Assembly: GCF_036588685.1 (NCBI RefSeq)
Contig: NC_086378.1
Span: 82,336,001-82,400,000 of the forward strand
Direction of reading: 5' to 3'
From: Mytilus trossulus
Lineage: Eukaryota
Length of the DNA stretch: 64,000 bases
The position numbers and the translations under genes were made by a program. Of the stretch, positions 35,501 through 46,429 are shown one piece after another (positions within the stretch are counted from its first letter, which is position 1; every line of letters begins with the position of its first letter). A model generated the notes under the pieces. The model made no database searches and was not told where the DNA came from. It saw nothing but the letters and a program-made list of their open reading frames with translations.

Positions 35501-38500
35501 TTGATCTAATAATCAATTTGTTACCTTATTGGTAGTGAAAAACGTCAAAAATCAACGTTTTACGGCCTGCAACGTGATAACATAACGATTATTTCGACAT
35601 TTTGTTGGATTTTTTCACAAAGAACGCAACCTTGAATGATGTATACTGTAAAAACGAAGTCGGTGACCCTATCTTTATATTGCATCAGTATAACAGAAAT
35701 TAATGTATCAACAACATATAGTGTTTTTTTTTTTTAATCTATGGAGTAGAATTAGAGATTTGGCGATTTTAAGACAAATTTTAGAAGGGTTTTCACTGAT
35801 TTTATGTGCTTTCTATACAAATGTTCACCCATTTTGTAAGAATTCAATCAGTAATATTTCGAATGATAATTGAGATAAATGCATTATTTCGATTTTCAGT
35901 TGAAGTTCATCCAGCCAGAGCTGTATGCCAAATTTTACTGAAATCGAAGACATAGCCCATTTACTGTAACTTGACCTTAAAACAAGAGTGCACATATAGT
36001 ATATGCTATTATCTGTATTCTGAGATACAGATTGACCAAGTAACTTAAACCTTTATATGAGGTCAAGGTCAGATTAACCCTACCCGAGGGCCATTAAGAT
36101 GTTGCAATATATAGAACACCTACTCTTAAAAGTTTTTCTTGATTACATCCCAGCCTGTGACAAGTGTCTGCTAGCCTAGTCACTACTCCCAAATGGTTTA
36201 CAGCTAACATGTCTTCTAAATATCCACATAATTCTCCAAATATCTCCTCAAACTAAAATGAGATAAATATACATCTTCATACATTTCTTAAGAGCACAAG
36301 AACATAAATTTATATGACAACTTTCTTTAATAAAACATATATATTTATGACAACTTTCTACAATAAAACATATATATTTATGACAACTTTCTTCAATAAA
36401 ACATATATATTTATGACAACTTTCTTCGATGAGTATAAGAATGCTCATTATGCTATAAAGAAGATACATCAAAATGTGTATTTGAAGTGTTTCATATAAA
36501 CACAACAGATAGTGTAAAAATCACCTGAAACTTTTTATCACGTTCTATTTTTAAGGAAAGGTTATGCTTCTCATTGATCAAAATAAGGGTTTGTTAAACT
36601 GCTATACATGTATATCCAATGAAATTTTACCATATAGGTGTGTGGTTCAATTTTTTTAATTTTTTGTCTACGGTTCAAAGTAAATATTTTGTTAAAATGT
36701 TATGAAATTTAAATGAACCAAATTAATTTTAGTCAAGGTGTTAGGTACCACCTTACAATATAAGTCCAGTGTTATTTTTCTTAACATCAACAGACATATA
36801 CAATTTTCATGAAAAATCAAACAAGGTCAATTTCCTAAAAATTATATATTTTTAATTTGACTAAGTGTAACAATTAAAGATCTTATTTCTTAAAAATGAC
36901 ACTAAAAAATCCTTGAAATTTGAACAGCAGTATAGACATTGACATTAAACATGGAGTTGAAATAAAAGAAAAATATAGACTTGGTCATAAAAACATTACA
37001 GTAAATAATGATCTTACATGCTCTTTTTCTTTAACATTTGTGATCAGTCTCTGAAGAATAAAATTTGAAACTGGATGTACTGCATACAAGAGAAGTTTCC
37101 CTTTAAATAACTTTTTGTACAGTTCAGTGTAAAAATCTCCTGAACCCAGATTTAAAATTTGCTCCACCATAAAAGATCCAACTTCATCCTTAGCAATAAC
37201 TGGAAGGCTGCAAAATAAAACATCATCATATTTTTTTCTGGTAAAATGGTATACAAATATTAATCCAATTATTGACATTCAAGTATGTGTCAGTTCTTTA
37301 GTAAAATAGCAACAGCTGTTAAAATTAACTTCCTATTTTTGTCAAAAGATTTTGTAACAAACAACGAAAATGCCTCTTGCAATTAACTAACACCATAGGG
37401 GCCTCTAAAATATAACTGGTGTATACATATGTTATCTCACTGCATCATTTTTATTTTATCAAAACCCTTTTCTGTAAGCATAATCTGTAAGTGTAAATAA
37501 TCTCTAATTCTTATAACAAGTCATTGACAGAACTTTTAAAATGTTCTATATAAACAGAAAAAAAACAATTGATTCCTAATTTCCTGTTGATATGCACATC
37601 TACATACATGTAGTATGTCCTCATTATCAACAAAGTTCTGTTGAATACTGTTGTTTAGTTTCAGATGAGTTGAGATGACAAGAACAGGACTGATGGTTTG
37701 CAAAACAGACAGACTGACAAATGGCCAGACGAACAGACTAACAGATTAACCAAAAAATAATATACCCTACCCAACAAAATGAAGTATGTCCAAGTACATC
37801 ATGTACTACAAAAGACTGAAAAATAATTATTGATGTTATTTTGCTTGACCATACCTCTCCTCGTTCGAATCAAAGAGTCCAGGAATACAGAGGAGTTTCT
37901 TTAAGTATTTCTGACACTTTTGGTCATTAACTTTGTGTAAAACCAGAAGTACTGTCTGAATCAGAGGGTTATTCGTAGCACTACAAATCTCAACTGAAAA
38001 ATAAAATACAAATTTATGCATATTAGAGGTACAAAAATGTATTACAAATAATGATGATGCAGGAGAAATTATGGTTTTAAAATTCTAAGCAAATAAAAAT
38101 CATTACCTATTTTGATATTTGATTTCAGTGATTATCTTTCTCTTCTCTGTCTGCATTGTTTGTTATATATATTTCATGTCACTCAAAACCAAGAGCAGGT
38201 ATTTATCATCATTGTTACAAGTAGTACTAGTGATATTATTTGTTCCTTACATCTAAGTTTTTCCTATTCAAGCGTTTATAAATGGTTGCTTCAGACAGTG
38301 AACCAATATTCATGACATTGCCTCTAGGTTATTTTTAAAATCAATCTCATACTACTTTTCTCGAGAAAACAAAGAACTGGCTGACAAAGTTGTCTCAATT
38401 TCATGTAGGTGCTTGACCTTTTTATATTCAGTCAGGGGTACTACTTGTACAATTGTATTTTATTTACATGAAGAAGTAAAAAAAAATATACACACATAAG

Positions 38501-41500
38501 TAAATTTGTATGATACTTATACAAGTGAATTTTATTTACTTGTATAGGTAAAAAAAAATTGGCTGAGTTATGTCCCTTCCGCATTCAGATTTTTTTTTAC
38601 TTGTATAGGTAAAAAAATCATCCTTTCTTCTTTTCTTGAATTCTGAAGATTTCTGTGCTCTAAAAGAATTTTAAATTGTGTACCCTTTGCAGATGTCTTT
38701 ACTTCAAGTGTAATTTCATGGACAATGAAAGTCCCATTTGTCTGTTATCTTCTTAACACTGCTCATTTACAAGCCCCAAATGAGCAATTTTTGATTGCCT
38801 TGCGCAAATATACAAGATCTCTGCCCAATCAGTTTCTTTGATGAATTAATGAGATGAAACATTAAACTTTATTGAAAAAATTTGAGCAAACCTGGGGAAA
38901 ATCATTAAAGGCATGATTTTACATCTCAAAACTTGAAGATTTTTGTGGGATTGTAAGAAAAATTTACTAGTACAAGTAATTTTTTCAGAAAATTAAGGGG
39001 AGATTATTCAAACATTATTTATTTACTTATACATGTATGTGTATATTTTTTTTCACTTCTTCAAGTAAAAAAAAACACTTGTACAAGTAGTACCCCTGAC
39101 TGATATTTGTGCATGGGTCATGAAATTAACCAACATTTTATTAATGTGTTTACTTACTATTTAAAGACTCAGAACTTAATATGACTTTGGTAAATTTCAG
39201 TAATACTTTCTTGAATTTGTCAGATGGGCTGAAATTGTCCATGTTAATTTCATCTTGTCCATCTGTAAAAATTTACTTCAATTTAGCATATTTAAGAAAA
39301 ATATATAAATAGATTCAATACAATACACCATATGCATGTACATCTTACTTGGAAGGTGAAGCAACAAAATCTACTTTAATATATAAATGGTAAACATGAT
39401 TGAAAAGGAAATACAAATGTAATGTCAGCCATGTAGTTGAGAGGAAAAATAAAGAACTGAAAAAGGCCAATGGCCAAAACGTCTCAAAAAATTGGTTTAT
39501 TGATACAATTATATAAAGTATGTTCCCTATTGGAATTTTGAAATCAAGGGTTATTATTCTAATAGAATTATAAATTTGAAAGACAATTTCCTCTTCATAA
39601 CACATGCAATTATCTTTTTCACAGAATCTAAGCTTCCTCTTAAATTTAAGAATAAAAATACATATATATCTTTTAATCATTTCCTGAAAAACATTTAAAC
39701 AATTTACCTTTATCCTGATTTCTTGAAAGACGACTTCTAACAACTTGTTCACCAACATTTACACCACCTAAAACTTGTAAAACCACCCTCAAAATATGTG
39801 AGGCATACAAATCTGTCCTTGCGTCAGAAATGTTATCCTTAAGAAAGTTACAAAGATTTAAGAAATATGTGTAAATTGTTTCATCCTCTGTATCCTCTTC
39901 ATTTGAAATCTTAGACAAACATCGTGGAATTTTACAAATTAGTTTCTGTAAAACATGGCTTCCAAATCGGTCTGACAATAATACAATCCAGTCTTGGCTA
40001 AAGGCTTTTAATAATTGTAAAATATTTTTGTCTTGCGCATCTAGTATAAGTTTTTCTAACACACGACTAGTACTTGCTAGTCTGCACACTTTTGGTCCAT
40101 CCTCTTCAAGCTGGTTAAAAACATTATCCAAGAACAATTCTGAAAACACAAAAAAATGTTCATTAAAAAGACATTTAAATGATATTATATTGAGGACTTT
40201 GAAATACATGCATGTACCACAAAAAGTAGTTGACAGAAACTAGGATATCTGGTATTATTCATTGTTATTGTTAATGAGATTAGTATTCACCAACATGACC
40301 AAAGACCGAATGACAAGTGTGCGAATAACCTAAACAAGTGTATGGCTTTCAAAATGAGCAAATCATATACAAAATAACAGGTCAAGGAATGACAAAATGT
40401 GAAACAATTGAAAAGAGAGAACAACAAAACAAAGCTTCAAAAGCGCAGACAGACACCATTTATCTCAAGGTTTGTACTACAGTGCATCAGGGTTGTTCTC
40501 ATTTAATTTGTTATCAGTAAATCCAAGCATACATTGTGTAATATGAAAATTAGTAGATATGATACCATAAATTGTGAATAACATCATCTAATCAGCAATG
40601 TTGATACAATGTAGCTTAGCATATTTAAGACATGTTTGAATAGAAATTCAATCATCTTGTAAAAAAAAGATGTGGTATGATTGCCAATGAGACAACTCTC
40701 GACAAGAGATCAAAATGACACAGAAATTAACAACTATAGGTCACCATAAAGCTTTCAACAATGAGCAAAGCCCATACAGCATAGTCAATTATTAAAGTCC
40801 CCGAAATAACAATGATTTTTATAGTTCGTTCTTATGTTGTACTGTTATACCACTGTCCCAGGTTAGGGGAGGGTTGGGATCCCGCTAACATGTTTAACCC
40901 CACCACATTATTTATGTATGTGCCTGTCCCAAGTCAGGGGCCTGTAATTCAGTGGTTGTCGTTTGTTTATGTGTTACATATTTGTTTTTCATTAATTTTT
41001 TTACATAAATAAGGCCGTTAGTTTTCTCGCTTGAATTGTTTTACATTGTCTTATCGGGGCCTTTTATAGCTGACTATATGCGGTATGGGCTTTGCTCATT
41101 GTTGAAGGCCGTACGGTGACCTAGCTATAATTGTTAATGTTTGTGTAATTTTGGTCTTTTGTGGATAGTTGTCTCATTGGCAATCATACCACATCTATTT
41201 TTTTATATGAACAATGTTAAACAATTCAAACAAGAAAACTAATGGCCTTATTTATGTTTTCCTAATGATTTTAAAAAATTGACAATAAAATTAAAATTAT
41301 ACATGTACAATGTTTATTATAGTTCACCCATCTTGACCATTCTGGAAATATTGATACTAAATCGCTTTTTTTTAGCTTCAGACTATATAATTTGTGACCT
41401 TATTTAGTTTATTATCTTCATGGAGAAAGTAAATCTTCGTTCCCTGTTACAGCAGAAACATCAAATAACAAATTTATTTATTTTAAATCGGCCTGAAATT

Positions 41501-42296
41501 TTCATTGTGAAAATTTCAGGAAATTTTTCATTGTACTAATGAACTTAAAATCATTAACTTTTTTTGTCACTTTTTTTAATTTACACATTTGCGGTCTCGT
41601 TGGCATGAGACTTTGAGTAATCTAATTCTTTGTCTATGATATGAATAAACATTTCCTGATGATTGCATTTCTTTGTTTACATTGAACTTGAAGTCATAAC
41701 TTAAATAGCGTCACAAGTAAAATCCCTAACAACAGAACCAAAAGCAGAAATATTACGGTATTTCTATTTTGAAGTTTTGAAATTGGAATATTGTTTTAGT
41801 CATTCAACAGTTGTTCAAAGCAAATGTCTTAACTTACATGTACAGTTACACCTACTGACCAGTGGCAGATTCAGAACTTTTCATAAAGGGGGGGCTGACT
41901 GACCTTAGGGGGGCTGCTCCAGTCATACTTCAGTGATTCCCTTTATAATCAACCAAATTTTTCCCACGAAAAGGGGGGGGCCTCCATCTCCCACCCTGGA
42001 TCCGCCTATGGACCTAGTCATGACAGTCAGTAATTTATTATGTTTAAATAAAAAAAATATATGTGGTCTATGACTTCATCATGTCTAGTGTAAATGTAAA
42101 TGTCACTATAAAAAAAAGGAAAGAAACAACTCAGATAATTTTGATAGCTTTTACCTCTATCTTCATCTGTTGAAAATCCCTCATTCAATGTCTCTGTGAC
42201 TCGTCTGTAATAGTTAATTGTATTTTCATCAACCCTTTCTTTCTTTTGAGAAAAGTTTGAGTCATTTTCATCCTTATTTCTTCTGCTTTTGCCCAT
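28615..42296 (-). CDS. NOP9: Nucleolar protein 9 (PUF-like 18S rRNA biogenesis factor). Exons 42296-42155, 40139-39708, 39262-39158, 37993-37855, 37207-37018, 36252-36124, 34852-34691, 31914-31675, 31289-31031, 29730-29663, 28791-28615
   Basis: In-phase spliced ORF with degenerate Pumilio repeats: SRVLEKL, DRFGSHVLQ, DLYASHILR, HPVSNFILQRL, HGSMLLQHLL, NPCGSHVVD, NKNGSRTLE. Lys-rich C-terminus. Confidence 0.9.
29124..29300 (+). mobile_element. Degenerate tRNA-derived SINE (Meta-SINE-like core)
   Basis: A-box-like TGGTTTAGTGG and a decayed B-box, followed by GCCAAGCATGCTGCATTTATGGGTAAGACCAAAGACTGG..TAATGTGTCC. Confidence 0.5.
29985..30852. mobile_element. Tc1/mariner-type MITE
   Basis: 27-bp TIR CAGTTGGGTG(C/T)AGACCAAGCATTACAT; TA TSD; internal GCGTTTAC and GTTAAC repeats. 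Confidence 0.88.
32284..32584. mobile_element. MITE with internal poly(A) tracts
   Basis: AGGCCATGGGAAAAT..GGTTTCCCCTAAC mirrored by GTTAGGGGAAACC..ATTTTCCATGGCCT. Confidence 0.75.
32682..33420. mobile_element. TA-TSD MITE; decayed relatives at ~12455-12640, ~28880-29090 and ~49070-49282
   Basis: TIR CTGTGAAAGTACTTT.ATTCGTGGG...CCCACGAATTAAAGTACTTTCACAG, flanked by TA. Confidence 0.85.
35173..35976. mobile_element. Foldback element with TTAA TSD (Kolobok-like termini GG..CC)
   Basis: TTAA|GGTAAAGG.ACAGTAAATGG...CCATTTACTGTAACTTGACC|TTAA; ~350-bp inverted arms. Confidence 0.85.
36311..36428. repeat. 33-bp tandem repeat x3.5
   Basis: Unit ATGACAACTTTCTTTAATAAAACATATATATTT. Confidence 0.9.
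38429..39102. mobile_element. Non-autonomous TIR element, 5-bp TSD (hAT5-like)
   Basis: TIR CAGTCAGGGGTACTACTTGTACAA...TTGTACAAGTAGTACCCCTGACTG; TSD ATATT. Confidence 0.85.
40668..41260. repeat. Two nested, opposite-orientation copies of the dominant interspersed repeat (..GAGTTGTCTCATTGGCAATCATACCACATCT..); about ten other copies in the window
   Basis: Inner copy 40815-41209 is flanked by AACAATG. Other copies at ~1490-1690, 7681-7900, 9143-9250, 43840-45065, 46870-47060, 48790-48940, 50765-50870 and 60920-61020. Confidence 0.8.
41860..42010. mobile_element. Short MITE
   Basis: Imperfect TIR CAGTGGCAGATTCAG...CTGGATCCGCCTATG; G-rich interior. Confidence 0.6.
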
Positions 42297-42482
42297 TTTC
42301 GCTTGTTTTTATTATGTTTTTAACTTCACATGGCATGTGTTTTCACCGGAAGTAAGACTAGATATTCTAATTACTGTACCGATAACGGTGTGATTGAACT
42401 TTTCTGTGCCTTCAAAATCAAAGCCGTCAAAGCCGGTTAAATCATGATACGGTGATATCAAAGATCATCAAACTCAACAACA
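42297..42482. promoter_or_regulatory. Putative bidirectional promoter NOP9/PYCR
   Basis: Only 186 bp between divergent ATGs; ETS/GABP-type CCGGAAGT at 42346-42353. Confidence 0.65.
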
Positions 42483-43367
42483 ATGGAATCATCAAATACT
42501 CCAGCCGCAGCTGTTGGTCAAAAGAGGAAATATGTTTCCGAAGACTTGACTATTGGGTTTATAGGGGCTGGCAAAATGGCCCAAGCAATAACAAAAGGTT
42601 TTGTTACCTCAGGAATCATAAAAGGAAAGAACATTACACTTTCAGATGTTTCAGCAAGTAATGCAGATCCCAGAATGCTTCAGTTTGTTAAGGAATTTGG
42701 AGTAACAACAACACAAGATAACAAAGAAGTTGTGAATAAGAGTCAAGTTGTGGTTATATCTGTCAAACCCAATGTTGTCAATAAAGTACTCAAGGAGGTT
42801 AAAGAACAGGTGACAGAGGACAAAATAGTTGTATCAATAGCAGCAGGAGTACCACTCTCTACATTTGAACAAAACTTGCCTCCTGGTTCCAGAGTTGTTA
42901 GAGTTATGCCAAACATTACTGTCACTGTACAGGCAGCAGCCTCAGTGATAGCACCGGGTACCAGTGTCCAGCTAAACGATAGTGAACTTGTAAGGGAACT
43001 TTTTCAGAGTATAGGAATATGTGAAATTGGATCTGAGAATCTATTAGATGCAGTGACCGGCCTAAGTGGTAGTGGTCCTGCATATGGATTTATTGCAATT
43101 GAATCTCTAGCTGATGGTGGTGTAAACATGGGACTCCCACGAGATTTAGCATTGAAACTAGCTGCTCAGACTTTATTGGGAGCTGCTAAAATGGTTTTAG
43201 AATCTGGTAAACATCCAGGACAACTAAAGGATGATGTCTGCTCACCAGGAGGAACCACTATAGCTGCAGTTCAATCTCTTGAGAAGTCTGGATTTAGATC
43301 ATGTTTAATTGGTGCTGTTGAAGCAGCAACATTAAAAGCACAAGAACTTGGATCTAAAAACAAATAA
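42483..43367 (+). CDS. PYCR: Pyrroline-5-carboxylate reductase, intronless CDS, 294 aa
   Basis: Rossmann motif IGFIGAGKMA, SVKP, VSIAAG, RVMPN, DAVTGLSGSGPAY and LKDDVCSPGGTT. Confidence 0.96.
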   Translation: MESSNTPAAAVGQKRKYVSEDLTIGFIGAGKMAQAITKGFVTSGIIKGKNITLSDVSASNADPRMLQFVKEFGVTTTQDNKEVVNKSQVVVISVKPNVVNKVLKEVKEQVTEDKIVVSIAAGVPLSTFEQNLPPGSRVVRVMPNITVTVQAAASVIAPGTSVQLNDSELVRELFQSIGICEIGSENLLDAVTGLSGSGPAYGFIAIESLADGGVNMGLPRDLALKLAAQTLLGAAKMVLESGKHPGQLKDDVCSPGGTTIAAVQSLEKSGFRSCLIGAVEAATLKAQELGSKNK

Positions 43368-43959
43368 CAGTGTTAATGTTTTGTCTAACAGTAACATATC
43401 CTTATTTTAATCTGGAACTAACCATGTAACAGTGAACATAAACTTTAACAAGACATAACAAAGTTGAAATCCTTGTTTTATACATGTACATGTATGTTAT
43501 ATATTTGTGAACATGAAATCATTGACATTGTATTGTTTTAAAATTCATATATTGTTATTCATTTTTAATAGCACTGTTTGGTCAAAGACTATTCAACATG
43601 TATAAAAATAAATATAATGGTATATTGCATGGGTTTGCCATTTCTTGTTGAAAACAATTTTTTTATTAAGTATTAATCCTTATTTTAAAAGCATATACAC
43701 TGCATACAATTTAGGATCTTTTAATGAAGAAAACTATGCACAACTCACCATGCTAACCAAACTTTTATATAAGCATGATATAAGTAAATGGAAACTTAAA
43801 GGGAATCATCATGATCATGATTTGTTCTTATTTTGTTCATAAATTATGCTGTTAGTTTCTTGTTTGAATTGTTTTACATTGTCATTTTGGGCCTTTTATA
43901 GCTGACTATGTGCATGATGTGGTATGGGCTTTGCTAATTGTTGTAGGCAGTATGGTGAC

Positions 43960-45001
43960 CAGGGGCGTGTCCAGGATATTTGAAAGGGTAGAATAAAATA
44001 TTTCGGACCTTTTTTTGGCTTAAAAACATAAAATTATAGAGAATTGCACTAATGTAACGGTTCCTGACTTGGAGCATGTATATTTTATAGTTAAAGTGTC
44101 AGGGTGTGACATTTTTTATGCCGAGTTCCCTCCATTAATTGTCTATGGTATATTAAAATGATTGGATGGATCTTAACAGCAGTAGACCAATAACGAGAAA
44201 TTCCAAACTCAAGGGTCTACGGAGTTACTTAACATTTCAATTCCTAGGCCAGGATTTTATGAACGAGAGGCGTGATTACGGTTGAGTGTCCATGGAGAAG
44301 CTCCTGAATTTCAACAATTTAGCATGAAATTGTGAAGTAATCCCTCTATTTTTTATTAAGTTCGGGTTTCGTTGAACGACACATATGATACAAGACAAAT
44401 AAACACTGATGAATAAAGTTCTTTCGTTCTGAGTATTGCTTTAATGTGGAAATATACATATTTCTTGTATACATGTACCTTGACGCAAAACCTTAAATGA
44501 ACACAGAAAAATACTGACGGACTCTCATTTTCAATTACTAGAGTGGATTCATTAGAACCATTTTACGTGGATTTCTCATGACGTAATCGTCAATAATTTT
44601 ATCAAAATCAAGTTTAATGTCTCTGTGAACATATAAAAGAAGCAGAGCATTTAGGCGATCCTCCTTCATGGTGCTTCTCAAATCATTCGTTTTTAAGGTC
44701 TTTTGACGTTTTTTTTTTGGACATAGAAATCTTTGGCGAATTCTTTATCACATCAACAACAATGGATACTAATCGCATAGTTGAACACGCCGGACTCCGA
44801 GAAACGAAATTTTACGGTTGATGATGACCCATCAGATTGGGGAATCAGAATAAAAAGAAATCAGAGTCTGTGTTTAATTAATGAATATGATAAATTGCCA
44901 TTATTCAATACAATACTAGCAGATTATAAAGATAGTTTTTATTTTATTTTTTTTAAAGGGGGGGCGTACGCCCATTACGCCCTTACCTGGACCCACCCCT
45001 G
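43960..45001 (-). mobile_element. Internally deleted hAT-like transposon, 5-bp TSD
   Basis: TIR CAGGGGCGTGTCCAGG...CCTGGACCCACCCCTG; TSD GTGAC. Minus-strand remnant LRSTMKEDRLNALLLLYVHRDIKLDFDKIIDDY (~44580-44690) resembles a hAT C-terminal dimerisation region. Confidence 0.85.
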
Positions 45002-46429
45002 GTGACCTATAGTCATGATAGTTGTTAATTTCTGTGTCATTTGGTCTATTGTGGAGAGTTGTCTCTATTAATATAACTGGATGATGTCATGAAATAAGAT
45101 TTTGGACCAAATTTGTTTTTTAAGAAATTGACTTAAAAAACATGTGAAAAATAAAAAGGATTGTGTATAAATTAGATTTAATTTGTTTCCCTTTCAAACT
45201 GATGTGTTACAGATTCAACATCTTTGATGTCAACATAAAAGAAATAATGAGGTCAGTGTAAGGTCTTCAACAACAATAGTCAATACAGTACTTATAATAT
45301 GTCAAGCTCTAAATTGGCATAGATATGTAAATTGAACGAAGAGACATCAAAAGATCTGAAGATCTGTTTTCAACTAAAAAATCTTACAAAAACAAAACAT
45401 AAAGCTTAAAAAAACATTTTTGACAAGTTTCCTTGTAATTTTGTGCAATGAGGAACACAAACTTTCAAAATAAAAATCAATTACATTGAAAAGTTTTCAC
45501 ATGTATTTTCATCTCTTCAGCTCCTTGTAGTATACTTTTCAGAAACTGTCTGAGCTATACAAGTGTTTTACATTGAATCAGCTGATTGTTGGACTTAAAG
45601 TCAACAAAGGTAGATACAAATGTAACAATATTAAAACCAAACAAATGAATACATTGACAATATACTCTTGTTAACCTGTCATTTTGCAAGTGTAGTTGGA
45701 AATTTAAAAACATTAGATTATTGACAAAAAAAGAAAAGCAATCCAAATTTTATTCTTTTATCGATCACTTTTATTTCAAACAAACATACATGTACAACAG
45801 CAAATATCACAGATGACTCATAAAGTGTTGAATATTTAACAAGATCATTCCCAAAAAAATTGAATAGCTTTTGTGTTGCATGAGAGGCTATGAGCTCATT
45901 TGGTGTAAAGAAAGGTAACATTTTACCAGAAACAATCGAATTTCTGAGTGTTTTACACTTACTTATTGCTGACAGTAACCTGTAATGGTTTTAAATAAAA
46001 AGAGCAAAAAAATTCACAATTGTAATGTCACAGGACCTTATTCAACCATATATTTGGTACTTTATCAATCTTGTGTTAATTGCAGTTTATTTCATGTAAC
46101 ACAAATCCTAAAGTTGACCATGAAGATGGACTAAAATATATCCTCTCCATTACTGTATCCCCTTACAGCAGATAGTACCAATTTCTAATGGCCACAGTCG
46201 TTTTACTCAAACAGATACATGTTGTATATTGCATTGGTGCACCAACAATTACTACTGGATCCCTGCTATTTTATTCTGTTATTGGAGAGAATCATATATT
46301 GAGTTATAGCAACATCTATTGTATGGAGAGAGAGTTCACATCTGCTTGAATATGATTATCATAATTATGGCACCAAATTAACAAAATGTTTCACACATTT
46401 CTGTTGATAGGATAAGATTTAAATGAGTA

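Noticed and set aside
36311-36428. 33-bp repeat as a fifth splice-site array
   Set aside because: Lies ~60 nt inside the intron and contains neither the acceptor nor exon sequence.
45300-46380. Extra exon-like segments downstream of the C5orf22-like stop
   Set aside because: No recognisable homology and no consistent spliced ORF; probably 3'UTR or decayed sequence. Needs BLASTX.
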